Source: Actinomycetota bacterium
GTDB taxonomy: Bacteria > Actinomycetota > CADDZG01 > JAHWKV01
Reading direction: 5' to 3'
Assembly: GCA_046262935.1 (NCBI GenBank)
Contig: JBHELT010000060.1
Location: 12,911 to 76,910, forward strand
DNA: 64,000 nt
Shown here: positions 18,007 through 30,000 of the stretch, one piece after another
Position numbering within the stretch: position 1 is the first letter of the stretch
How the letters are laid out: every line of letters starts with the position of its first letter
Made by a program: the position numbers and the translations under genes
The notes under the pieces: model-generated
What the model saw: only the letters and a program-made list of their open reading frames with translations
Databases searched by the model: none
Told to the model about the DNA's origin: nothing

Positions 18007-19512
18007 ATGAAACGCATCGTCCTCTCGCTCGCCGTCCTGCTTTTGTCGGCTCCCCATTCTGCGGGCGCGGTGACCATCGGCGCCGGGGTCGGTGCTGCTT
18101 CAACCGCGATCACTTTGGTTTCGCTCAACGTCAATAATCCCTTCATAACGTCGCTCGATCAGACCGTTAATACTCTGGTCGCATCCGGTTCGGGTGAGGC
18201 GAATACGGATCCTTCCAGTGAGCTGCGTGCCAACTTCAGTTTCTTGGCTGCCCATGTTCCAGCGGCGTCATTTTCCAATGGCGACACAACCACTCAAACC
18301 GCTGAGATCAAAGAGGGCGAGATCTCTGCCGATTCGAATACGGGCTCGGCCACCGATCTGGCAACTCTGCCGACCAACCAGGACCTTCCCCTAAGTCAAG
18401 CGGTTACGGGGTCCGTGAGGTATTCGGGAGTGAGCGCGACGGTTCGTCCGCAGGACCCGTACGCGTTCTCGTCGCTTGGCAATGTAGCCGTCGATGCTCT
18501 AGCGGGCACCGGGCTATTGCACCTCGACGGAGTGAAGATCGCCGTTTCGGACGAATCTTCTCCTTCTCAGGCTAGCGCGATCGAGGGGCTCGAGATCGCA
18601 GACATCTCAGTGCTCAAGATCGGTGACCTTTTGCAGATCTCGAACTACAACTTCACGGAACTGGTTGGACTCGGTGCAAGCTTCGATCCTGGTGACACGG
18701 CCGATCTGGGTACTACGGGCTCGACCATCACCGGACTCCTGCCCGGGGCTATCACCTCTACAAGTCCCGACGATCTGGCGAACATGGCGGTCACGTGTCC
18801 TGGCGACTTGGTGCTATCAGCCATCCCTGGACTTTGCGATGCGCTGAACGGCTACGTGAGCCAACTCGAAGCTTTGCGCGATGTCATAGCGGCGCTGCCT
18901 CTTATCGATCTGAAGGACGTTAGAGGTGGTATCAACGCAAACGCTACAGATTCCACTTCCAAATCCATAGCCAAACCGGTTACGTGGGCGAGCGCGCAGG
19001 TTGCCAATGTCACCGTGTCGGCCAATGCGAATGATCCGCAGACGAGCTTCACCGATCTGACCAATCAAGTGAAGACCGCTGTTCAGCAGGTCACGAGTAC
19101 CGTCTCGGGTCTCACCGGTTTGAGGGTGACCATCACTGTCGACGATCGTAGTGAATCGCCTGACAACGCGACCGACCCGGCTGATGCTGCCTATCACATC
19201 GCATCGGCGAGCACGACGGGGCTCCGTGTCCAGGTGAATGTGCCACCACCCAGTTCTGTTGCATCGGCAGGATTCACATTGGCTGCCTCTAGCACTCAAC
19301 CTATGGCTTTCGATGCACGCTTCCTGACCCTGTCCGGCAGTGCTCGTCACCGGCCGGCTCCGAACGGTTCGCCGAACAACCCGAACAACCCTGCAGGCAA
19401 CACACCTTTCAAGAGTCCACACACAGGGACTAACCCGATCTGGGCATTGTGCGGGTCACTAGCATTGATCTTAGGATTTGGTTTGCGTCGTTGGTTGAGG
19501 GATGCCGCCTAG
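18007..19512 (+). CDS. Secreted Thr/Ser/Ala-rich cell-surface protein with a C-terminal sorting-signal-like tail
   Basis: Signal peptide MKRIVLSLAVLLLSAPHSAGA (RBS AGGGG upstream). C-terminus has KSPHTG, then hydrophobic helix IWALCGSLALILGFGL, then RRWLRD. Confidence 0.6.
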   Translation: MKRIVLSLAVLLLSAPHSAGAVTIGAGVGAASTAITLVSLNVNNPFITSLDQTVNTLVASGSGEANTDPSSELRANFSFLAAHVPAASFSNGDTTTQTAEIKEGEISADSNTGSATDLATLPTNQDLPLSQAVTGSVRYSGVSATVRPQDPYAFSSLGNVAVDALAGTGLLHLDGVKIAVSDESSPSQASAIEGLEIADISVLKIGDLLQISNYNFTELVGLGASFDPGDTADLGTTGSTITGLLPGAITSTSPDDLANMAVTCPGDLVLSAIPGLCDALNGYVSQLEALRDVIAALPLIDLKDVRGGINANATDSTSKSIAKPVTWASAQVANVTVSANANDPQTSFTDLTNQVKTAVQQVTSTVSGLTGLRVTITVDDRSESPDNATDPADAAYHIASASTTGLRVQVNVPPPSSVASAGFTLAASSTQPMAFDARFLTLSGSARHRPAPNGSPNNPNNPAGNTPFKSPHTGTNPIWALCGSLALILGFGLRRWLRDAA

Positions 19513-19594
19513 TCACCGCCCGCCTCGGCCTTTTCGCGACGCAAATGGTCGGCCCCCGATATTCGGGGGCCGACTTCCATTCAAAGGGTGTTTA

Positions 19595-19921
19595 CTAGCT
19601 GGCTCGGCGCCTCAATAAGGCCTTGCGTTCCAACTCGGTTAGCCCGCCCCAGATCCCGTAGCCTTCGCGCGCCTCGAGTGCGTATTCGAGGCATTCGTTC
19701 TTCACCGAGCAGGTGTTGCATACCACTTTGGCGGAGTCTTCTCGGTCCCGCTTTTCTTTGACGCTCTCGGCGTGCTCAGGACCGAAGAAGATGGTTGGGT
19801 CCATCCCTTTGCAGGCGGCGATATCTTGCCAGCGTGCCTCGGTGTCGAGCGATGCGAGCTTCGAAGCTACCGTCTTGGTGGTCTTCGTGCTCTTCTTGGA
19901 TGGGTGCTCTTCGGTTGTCAC
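19595..19921 (-). CDS. whiB: WhiB-family transcriptional regulator (4Fe-4S)
   Basis: Four-Cys pattern AACKG...VCNTCSVKNEC and GIWGGLTELER. Probable GTG start at 19921 with GAAGAAGGG upstream; the longer ORF to 20023 would overlap the fur-family gene. Confidence 0.75.
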   Translation of the reverse strand: MTTEEHPSKKSTKTTKTVASKLASLDTEARWQDIAACKGMDPTIFFGPEHAESVKEKRDREDSAKVVCNTCSVKNECLEYALEAREGYGIWGGLTELERKALLRRRAS

Positions 19922-19923
19922 AT

Positions 19924-20445
19924 CTAACCCTTCTTCTCTAAGACCTTTTGACCTCGCCTGGGGACCGAAAGTTCCCCGGCCCTTTTTCCTTGTTCCAACT
20001 GCGCTTCCAACTGCTTCCTGCAATCTGGACAGATCCCTTTGAAAGTGATCTCCGCTCTAACGATGTCGAAACCCATCGAAGAGGTTTCGTCGAGTGCAGG
20101 CAGGGAAAAATCTGCGTCCGGCGGCACATCGACGATCTTCTTGCAACGCTCACAGACCAGATGATGGTGACTCGGCCGGTCGGCAGCGTCGTACCTCAAC
20201 TTGCCTGAGACGGGCACCACATCGAGCCTGCCAACGTCGCGCAGTTCTCCGAGGGCCTTATACACGGTGGCTAGCGAGATGTGCGGCAACTGCTGCCTGA
20301 CCCGCTCGTACACCTGTTCGGCGCTCAGATGCTCCTGGCTTTGCTCAACCACCTCGAGCACCGCCATCCTTTGGGGTGTTACGCGTTTGCCCCGGGAGCG
20401 TAGAAGCGTGATGAAGGTTCGGTTCTCCAATCTGCCACCAATCAT
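19924..20445 (-). CDS. Fur-family metalloregulator (Zur-like)
   Basis: HTH region TPQRMAVLEVV. Metal sites HHHLVCERCKKIVDV...CPDC. Its stop is 2 nt upstream of the whiB start. Confidence 0.8.
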   Translation of the reverse strand: MIGGRLENRTFITLLRSRGKRVTPQRMAVLEVVEQSQEHLSAEQVYERVRQQLPHISLATVYKALGELRDVGRLDVVPVSGKLRYDAADRPSHHHLVCERCKKIVDVPPDADFSLPALDETSSMGFDIVRAEITFKGICPDCRKQLEAQLEQGKRAGELSVPRRGQKVLEKKG

Positions 20446-20529
20446 TTGTTGTTAGTAAAGATTATCGGTTAGTCGCTGTACGTCAACAGTACAAGCGAAG
20501 AAATCTCGAAGGATGAGTAGTATCCACGT

Positions 20530-21876
20530 GTGGATCTGGGGACGATATTCAAGGCATACGACGTGCGGGGCACATACCCGGACCAACTCGATGAGGTGAC
20601 CTGCCATGCCATCGGGGCGGCCTTCGCCCGGTTCACCAAGGCCCCCGGGATCGTCGTTGGCAGGGACATGCGGGTCTCGTCGCCCGCCCTTTCAAGGGCA
20701 TTCATCGAAGGGGCGCTTGGTCAGGGCGCTGACGTGGTGGACATCGGGTTGGTCTCGACCGACGCCTTGTATTTCGCCTCGGGCAGATATGAGCGGCCGG
20801 GGGCCATGTTCACTGCCTCACACAACCCTGGTGTTTATAACGGGATCAAGCTTTGCCTAGCGGGAGCCGCCCCCGTTGGCCAAGACACGGGCCTTTCCCA
20901 GATCAAAGAGCTCGTGGAAACCCGACCTCAACTCCCGGCGCCATCTGGCCCCGTCGGTGCTTATGCGCAACGTGACATCGTTGCGGACTTCGTCGATCAC
21001 GTGCTCGGATTCGTCGATGCATCCCGGCTTGCACCTTTGAAGGTCGTTGTCGATGCCGCCAATGGGATGGCTGGCAAGATGACCCCACCGGTTTTCGCAA
21101 AGACGCCGATCGAGGTTACGCCGCTTTACTTCGAACTCGATGGGACCTTCCCCAATCACCCAGCAGACCCCATACAGATCGAGAACCTCGACGCGCTCCG
21201 TTCGAAGGTCATCGAGGTCGGCGCCGACATTGGCATGGCATTCGATGGCGATGCCGATCGCGTCTTCTTGGTCGATGAGAAGGCCGAGCCGGTTTCGGGG
21301 AGCCTTACAACCGCGCTCGTTGCGTCGCAGGTTCTTGCCAACCGGCCGGGGGCATCGATCGTTCACAACTTGATCTGTTCGCGCGTCGTACCCGAGACCA
21401 TCTTGGCCGGCGGTGGGAAACCGATCCGAACAAGGGTCGGGCACTCATTCATTAAGCAGGTGATGGCGGAGACGGGTGCGGCGTTCGGGGGCGAGCATTC
21501 CGGTCACTACTACTTCCCCGAGAACTTCCGTGCAGACTCGGGGATCATCGCAGCGTTGATAGTCCTTCAAGCACTGAGCACCCAGAACAAACCCATGAGC
21601 CAGGTGCTCGCGCCGTTCAGGCGATATTGGAACTCGGGCGAACTGAACACCGTTGTCGCCGATCAGGCGGCCGTTCTCAAGGCGGTCGCCGAAAAGTATT
21701 CAGACGGCCAGGTCGATTGGACCGATGGGTTGACGGTGGACTTTCCGGATTGGTGGTTCAATGCACGCGGATCGAACACGGAACCACTTCTTCGACTGAA
21801 CGTCGAGGCCAACGATCCGCTCTTAGGAGAAAGCCAGGCTCAACGATTACTCGATCTGATCAGATCCGGAGGATGA
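20530..21876 (+). CDS. manB: Phosphomannomutase/phosphoglucomutase
   Basis: Active-site TASHNPGVYNGIKL and Mg-binding GMAFDGDADRVFLVDE. Confidence 0.9.
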   Translation: MDLGTIFKAYDVRGTYPDQLDEVTCHAIGAAFARFTKAPGIVVGRDMRVSSPALSRAFIEGALGQGADVVDIGLVSTDALYFASGRYERPGAMFTASHNPGVYNGIKLCLAGAAPVGQDTGLSQIKELVETRPQLPAPSGPVGAYAQRDIVADFVDHVLGFVDASRLAPLKVVVDAANGMAGKMTPPVFAKTPIEVTPLYFELDGTFPNHPADPIQIENLDALRSKVIEVGADIGMAFDGDADRVFLVDEKAEPVSGSLTTALVASQVLANRPGASIVHNLICSRVVPETILAGGGKPIRTRVGHSFIKQVMAETGAAFGGEHSGHYYFPENFRADSGIIAALIVLQALSTQNKPMSQVLAPFRRYWNSGELNTVVADQAAVLKAVAEKYSDGQVDWTDGLTVDFPDWWFNARGSNTEPLLRLNVEANDPLLGESQAQRLLDLIRSGG

Positions 21877-21877
21877 A

Positions 21878-22048
21878 ATGGCTGTAGACGAAAAGCTCAT
21901 CGAGATCCTTGTTTGCCCCAACTGCAAAGGCCCCATCGATTACCGCGAACAAGAACAAACCATCGCGTGCGTCGGTGAGTGCAAGTATGAGTACCCGGTT
22001 ATCGACGATATACCCCACATGCTCGTGGACGAAGCCAAGAAACCGTGA
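21878..22048 (+). CDS. Trm112-family small protein (56 aa), absent from the ORF track because it is under 60 aa
   Basis: MAVDEKLIEILVCPNCKGPIDY...YPVIDDIPHMLVDEA. Start is 2 nt after the manB stop; its stop overlaps the next gene's GTG (GTGA). Confidence 0.7.
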   Translation: MAVDEKLIEILVCPNCKGPIDYREQEQTIACVGECKYEYPVIDDIPHMLVDEAKKP

Positions 22049-23115
22049 TCGATCTCGACGATCTGACCGCGATCGCGACGGTCGATCAGACCGACTACAT
22101 CTCGGTCGTCGAAAGCTGGCCTCAGCAGCTGGTGGAAGGCATGCAGATAGGCGCCTCCTTGCAGGGTCTACCGTCACCCGACGGCATCGACTCGATAGCC
22201 GTTCTTGGTATGGGTGGATCAGGTGTTTCGGGCGACATCCTGGGCGACGCTATTGCAGACGTGACGCGCCTTAGGGTCCAAACGATCAAAGGGTACGTTC
22301 TGCCCGGCTGGGTTGGTGAGAACACGCTCGTGTTCGCGATCAGTTATTCGGGAGACACCGAAGAAACCCTCGCAGCGTTCGAGCAGGCGCAAGGTCGCGG
22401 CTGCCGGATCGTCAGCGTCACAACAGGGGGCCGACTGCTCGACGAATCATCAAGACTGGGCATCCCGGTTGCTTCGGTCCCCGGGGGCCTCATGCCGCGG
22501 GCTGCAACTGGCTACCTATCTTCACCATTGCTGATGATCACCGAGCGGCTTGGCCTTGCGCAGGGCCTTAGTGATGCGATCCACGAATCCATCGAACTGC
22601 TGCAAAAGCGCGTTGGCGAATACGGAAGAACCATCGGTAAGTCGTCGAACCTTGCGAAGCGCTTAGCCGAGTCGATGCTGGGCATGGTGCCGATCATCTA
22701 TGGGTCGCAGGGGATAGCCGAGACTGCGGCCTACCGATGGAAGTGTCAGTTCAACGAGTGCAGCAAGGTTCCGTCTTTCCATCACAGTTTCCCCGAGCTA
22801 GATCACAATGAGATCGTCGGTTGGGACCAACTGAAGCAGTTGACGAAATCGTTCTCGTTGATAGTGCTTCGCCATGAAGCAGAACACCCGCGGGTAACCA
22901 AACGCATCGAGATAACCAACGATTTGATCGGTTCGCGGCTCGGCGCAGTCCACCAGGTTCGTGCTCATGGATCGTCCAACTTGGCGCGCCTCTTCGACTT
23001 CATCTGTCTTGGCGATTTCGTTTCGGCCTACTTGGCAGTTCTTCAAGGTGTGGATCCGGCCCCCATCACCGTGCTTCAAGACTTGAAAAAGAGGATGGCC
23101 GCCGAGGCCTGGTGA
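22045..23115 (+). CDS. SIS-domain bifunctional phosphoglucose/phosphomannose isomerase-like protein
   Basis: SIS motif IAVLGMGGSGVSGDILG. Position between manB and ahcY as in the mycobacterial locus. Confidence 0.7.
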   Translation: MIDLDDLTAIATVDQTDYISVVESWPQQLVEGMQIGASLQGLPSPDGIDSIAVLGMGGSGVSGDILGDAIADVTRLRVQTIKGYVLPGWVGENTLVFAISYSGDTEETLAAFEQAQGRGCRIVSVTTGGRLLDESSRLGIPVASVPGGLMPRAATGYLSSPLLMITERLGLAQGLSDAIHESIELLQKRVGEYGRTIGKSSNLAKRLAESMLGMVPIIYGSQGIAETAAYRWKCQFNECSKVPSFHHSFPELDHNEIVGWDQLKQLTKSFSLIVLRHEAEHPRVTKRIEITNDLIGSRLGAVHQVRAHGSSNLARLFDFICLGDFVSAYLAVLQGVDPAPITVLQDLKKRMAAEAW

Positions 23116-23121
23116 TAGCTG

Positions 23122-24378
23122 ATGGTCAACCACGATGTTAAAGATCTAGCGCTCGCACCCGAGGGACTAAGAAAGATCGAGTGGGCCGAGACCCACATGC
23201 CTGTTCTGAGGTTGATCCGCGAACGATTCGCTCAACATAAGCCGTTCAACGGGATCCGGATCGCCGCGTGTCTTCACGTTACTACCGAGACTGCAAACCT
23301 AGTACGCACTCTCGTTGAAGGGGGGGCCGAAGTTGCGGTATGCGCGTCGAATCCGTTGTCCACACAAGACGAGATCGCAGCATCGCTAGTTGTTGACTTC
23401 GGTCAAGCCGTGTTCGCCGTAAGGGGCATCAACAACGACGGCTATTACAACCACATCTCGCAAGCCATCGGATACAAGCCGCACCTCACGGTCGATGATG
23501 GCGCCGACTTGGTATCGACGCTTCATCGCAGTCACACCGATCTTCTCGCCGACGTCATCGGGGGGACCGAGGAAACCACAACAGGTGTTGTGCGTTTGCG
23601 CGCGATGGCGGCAGACGGCGCCCTGCGTTATCCGATAGTTGCGGTCAACGATGCGAAAACCAAGCACCTGTTCGACAACCGCTATGGCACTGGCCAATCA
23701 TCCCTCGACGGCATCATCCGAGCCACGAACATTTTGTTCGCAGGACGAACCGTTGTTGTTGGCGGATACGGATACTGCGGCAAGGGAGTTGCATCGCGAG
23801 CCGAAGGCCTTGGAGCAAACGTCATCGTCGCCGAGGTCGATCCGCTAGCCGCGCTCGAAGCGGTGATGGACGGGTACCGCGTCATGCCGATGCTCGATGC
23901 GGCAAGGGTCGGCGACATATTCATCACCGTCACTGGGGACCGCGACATTTTGACGGCTCATCACTTCGCAGTGATGAAAGACGGGGCGATCCTTGCGAAT
24001 TCGGGCCACTTCGATCTCGAGATCGATGTGATTGCCCTTCATTCCGTCGCGGAACAGGTCAGCGAAGTTCGAAAGGATGTCGAGCGCTTCACGCTGGCGG
24101 ATGGTCGCAGTCTCTACTTGATCGCACAAGGCAGGCTCGTCAACCTCGGTGCGGCCGAAGGGCACCCGGCCTCGGTGATGGATATGTCATTCGCCAACCA
24201 AGCCCTGTCACTCGAATGGCTCGTCGCCAATCGCGAGCACGAGGGCGGCGTCTACCCGGTTCCTGCAGATATCGACCAAGAAGTGGCCCGGTTGAAACTG
24301 GCTTCGATGAAGATCGACATCGATACCCTTACACCGCAGCAGGCTGCCTACCTGGCGTCATGGGAAACGGGGACCTAG
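23122..24378 (+). CDS. ahcY: Adenosylhomocysteinase
   Basis: NAD-binding [30 protein letters not shown] and the overall SahH pattern; short (418 aa) form. Confidence 0.85.
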   Translation: MVNHDVKDLALAPEGLRKIEWAETHMPVLRLIRERFAQHKPFNGIRIAACLHVTTETANLVRTLVEGGAEVAVCASNPLSTQDEIAASLVVDFGQAVFAVRGINNDGYYNHISQAIGYKPHLTVDDGADLVSTLHRSHTDLLADVIGGTEETTTGVVRLRAMAADGALRYPIVAVNDAKTKHLFDNRYGTGQSSLDGIIRATNILFAGRTVVVGGYGYCGKGVASRAEGLGANVIVAEVDPLAALEAVMDGYRVMPMLDAARVGDIFITVTGDRDILTAHHFAVMKDGAILANSGHFDLEIDVIALHSVAEQVSEVRKDVERFTLADGRSLYLIAQGRLVNLGAAEGHPASVMDMSFANQALSLEWLVANREHEGGVYPVPADIDQEVARLKLASMKIDIDTLTPQQAAYLASWETGT

Positions 24379-24472
24379 CGGCCGCGTTCGCGGCTTCGCC
24401 CTCTCACCTTGCGCATAACCCTTCTGCGTCGATCTCGTTTTGTCACTGGCGGCCGCTATGTTGTAGACCAAT

Positions 24473-25210
24473 ATGAAAAGCTTTGCGGACATCTTTTTTC
24501 CCTGCACGTGTGCCGGATGCGGCTGCATTTCGAAGGATGTTTTTTGCGAGTCATGCGACGTCGGGCTTCAGCGCCTCGGGGGTCCGCTTTGCCATCATTG
24601 CGGGGCCCCCGAACCTCGGCCAGGCCAAGGCTCCAGGTCCTGCTCTGATTGCGGGGGCCGGGCCCTTGCATTCGATTCTGCCCGCCAGGCAGTCTCGTTC
24701 ACTCCAGAGGTGCGCCGCGCTATCCATCGTTTCAAGTACAGGGCCGAACGGCACTTGGCTGCATCACTGGCAGCCGTGATGAATGAGGCTTGTTCTTTCA
24801 GCGCCGACGCCATTGTCTGGGTTCCCGCTTCACCGCGGCGTCACAGAGAACGTGGCTTCGACCATGCGGGCCTTCTCGCGCATCGACTCGGTGAACTCAA
24901 AGGTATCCCTGTGCTCGATCTGCTGTTTCGAACGAAAGATGTGCCGCCGCAGGTGAAACTCGATCCGCTCAGCAGGCGAAGCAACCTCGACTCCGCTTTC
25001 GCTTGCAGATTCATCGCCCCCGACAAAGTTCTCGTCGTTGACGATGTGTATACGACCGGGGCCAGTGCTTCAGAGGCAGCGCGTGCACTCAAAGTGAAGG
25101 GTGCCTCAAAGGTGTATACGGTTGCGATCGCGCGCACTCTTCCCGCCCACCGATCTCGGCCGTATAATCGCAACGGCCTTCCGTCCGGGTCTGTGGTTGC
25201 GGGATCTTAG
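24473..25210 (+). CDS. ComF-family protein (phosphoribosyltransferase domain)
   Basis: N-terminal Cys cluster CTCAGCG...CESC. PRTase motif VLVVDDVYTTGASASEAA. Confidence 0.75.
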   Translation: MKSFADIFFPCTCAGCGCISKDVFCESCDVGLQRLGGPLCHHCGAPEPRPGQGSRSCSDCGGRALAFDSARQAVSFTPEVRRAIHRFKYRAERHLAASLAAVMNEACSFSADAIVWVPASPRRHRERGFDHAGLLAHRLGELKGIPVLDLLFRTKDVPPQVKLDPLSRRSNLDSAFACRFIAPDKVLVVDDVYTTGASASEAARALKVKGASKVYTVAIARTLPAHRSRPYNRNGLPSGSVVAGS

Positions 25211-25458
25211 GGTTCCAAGTCCATGCCAGTCGCAGGCGAAAGGATCCACGTAAGGCAACCATTGGTTGCTGAGCATGGTGCGACTTAGGAGTTAGTCCTG
25301 CCTCGGCCCCGGGAAAGTCCCGGGATCCGGGAGAAGGTTCGAAGCGTTTTGCGTAGGTTCGTCGAAGGCTAGCCGGACGAATCTAAACACGGGGCGCGAG
25401 GCCTCAGCAGGCGAATGTGGGGTCAAAGACCAGGTCAGCCGGCGGAGGGCCACTAGAC

Positions 25459-25839
25459 ATGCAGATCAAGGTTCACGGCAAGAACAACAGTGTCCCCAAA
25501 GACATCGAGACCTTTGCGGTAGACAAATTCGAGCACCTGTCCCGATATCTGTCCACCATCTCGGACATCGACGTTGAGCTCTATGAAGAGGGAAGCTCGC
25601 GTAAGGGCGGCTATACGCACGTGGCACACGTGACTGTGGCCACCTCGGGGCCCGTTTTCAGGTCAAAAGTCGCCTCCAGCGACCATCGAAAGTGCATCGA
25701 TATGGCCGCCGAGCGCCTGGAACGCAGGCTGAAAGAGTTCAAACGGCGCAGATCCGGGAAACCTGCCCACTCAAGGCCAAAGGTACAATCTGCCGATAAT
25801 GCCGCAGAGGCCAGTTACGAAGTGGACATTGAAGACTAG
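25459..25839 (+). CDS. hpf: Ribosome hibernation promoting factor (HPF/RaiA family)
   Basis: MQIKVHGKNNSVPKDIETFAVDKFEHLSRYL is the typical HPF N-terminus. Lies upstream of secA as in actinobacteria. Confidence 0.75.
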   Translation: MQIKVHGKNNSVPKDIETFAVDKFEHLSRYLSTISDIDVELYEEGSSRKGGYTHVAHVTVATSGPVFRSKVASSDHRKCIDMAAERLERRLKEFKRRRSGKPAHSRPKVQSADNAAEASYEVDIED

Positions 25840-25886
25840 TCTCGCGTAGCTCAAACTGATCGGGTCAACTAGATGGGGGCCTTCAA

Positions 25887-26552
25887 GTGGCAGAGTCAAT
25901 CCGGGTGATGATCGTAGATGACCATGCATTGTTCAGGCGCGGGCTCAACATGGTGCTCGAAGCTGAAGAAGGCATCGAAGTTGTGGCCGAGGCTGGCGAT
26001 GGTACCGAGGCGATAGCTAAAGCCGAAGAGGCGATGCCCGATGTGGTGTTGATGGATGTGAAGATGCCGAAGCGCTCAGGCATCGAGGCAACCGCAGGTA
26101 TGAAAGACCTGCTGCCCAACGCCAAGATCTTGATGCTCACTATCTCCGATGAGGAATCTGATCTGTACGAAGCGATCAAGGCGGGGGCCTCCGGGTACCT
26201 TTTGAAAGAGATCTCCATCGAAGAAGTCGCCAATGCGGTGAGAGCGGTTCATGCCGGGCAATCGCTGATCTCGCCTTCCATGGCATCGAAGTTGTTGAGC
26301 GAGTTCGCGACCATGGTCAAAAGAACCGACGACCGACAGAGCCTGCCCGCGCCGCGGCTAACCAATCGCGAACTCGAAGTACTCAAGTTGGTCGCCAAGG
26401 GTTCCAACAACCGCGACATCTCAAAGGAACTGTTCATCTCCGAGAACACTGTCAAGAACCACGTACGCAACATCCTCGAGAAACTGCATCTGCACTCGCG
26501 GATGGAAGCTGTGGTTTACGCGGTCCGGGAGAAGATGCTCGACATCAAGTAG
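25887..26552 (+). CDS. NarL/LuxR-family two-component response regulator
   Basis: Receiver domain MIVDDHALFRRGL...VLMDVKMP. C-terminal LuxR HTH NRELEVLKLVAKGSNNRDISKELFISENTVKNHV. Confidence 0.85.
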   Translation: MAESIRVMIVDDHALFRRGLNMVLEAEEGIEVVAEAGDGTEAIAKAEEAMPDVVLMDVKMPKRSGIEATAGMKDLLPNAKILMLTISDEESDLYEAIKAGASGYLLKEISIEEVANAVRAVHAGQSLISPSMASKLLSEFATMVKRTDDRQSLPAPRLTNRELEVLKLVAKGSNNRDISKELFISENTVKNHVRNILEKLHLHSRMEAVVYAVREKMLDIK

Positions 26553-26558
26553 TACCGT

Positions 26559-27237
26559 ATGAAGAGACCTTGGTTCATCGGCCTTGCAATAACTCTTATC
26601 CTGCTTGGCTTTGGCGCGTACGGGATCATTGTTTTCCGTGGCGAGAGCTCTCCCTTCGAGATGCACTCCATGGGCTCGGACCAAGGAAGAAGGGGCGAGC
26701 GGCCCAACATCGGATCACCCGACAGTCATCGAAGCCGACTATCGAGACGGGCAGGCATTCACTTACCAGCTCGGGTTCTCCAACACCAGTTCCAGGCCGG
26801 TTCGGATCGTCAAGATCGGTGAAGAGTCGCCACGCTACTCCTTGTTAAGGCCCTACGCGTACATGTTGGCCGACTCGCGGTTCGGGGGCATCCGCTACGG
26901 TGGTTCGGTAGGTGCGAAAGACCTCGAGTCCGAAGGCGCTCTGCGGCCCTTCGCCCCATTCACGATTCGACCGGGGGAGAATGTCGAGGTCGTGGTCAAC
27001 GCGCGCTTTGGATCTTGTGAATTCAATGCCCGCGGTGCTAGCTCGACCCAAGTAGCGGTGCCGATCTTCTTCAAGGTCCTTGGGTTTACTCGCAGGCAGG
27101 ACTTGGATTTCACGGAGCCGGTAAAGGTTGTCTCGCCCGAGGCTTGTCCGCGACCGGGGCCTGCACGACCAACACAAACGCCTTCTCCTCACAGGCAGAA
27201 ACTGCCGGCTAAGATAGGACCTACCCCCACCGCCTGA
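26559..27237 (+). CDS. Hypothetical membrane-anchored protein split over two frames (apparent frameshift near 26690)
   Basis: Frame 1 (26559..26822) gives MKRPWFIGLAITLILLGFGAYGIIVF (TM anchor). Frame 2 (26605..27237) gives a 200-aa soluble domain with no start or signal. The switch point sits in GAAGAAGGGG. Confidence 0.4.
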
Positions 27238-27276
27238 CCTCGGGCTGAGCCACCCTTATCGGCAGCCAGCGTCATA

Positions 27277-30000
<2,724 letters not shown>

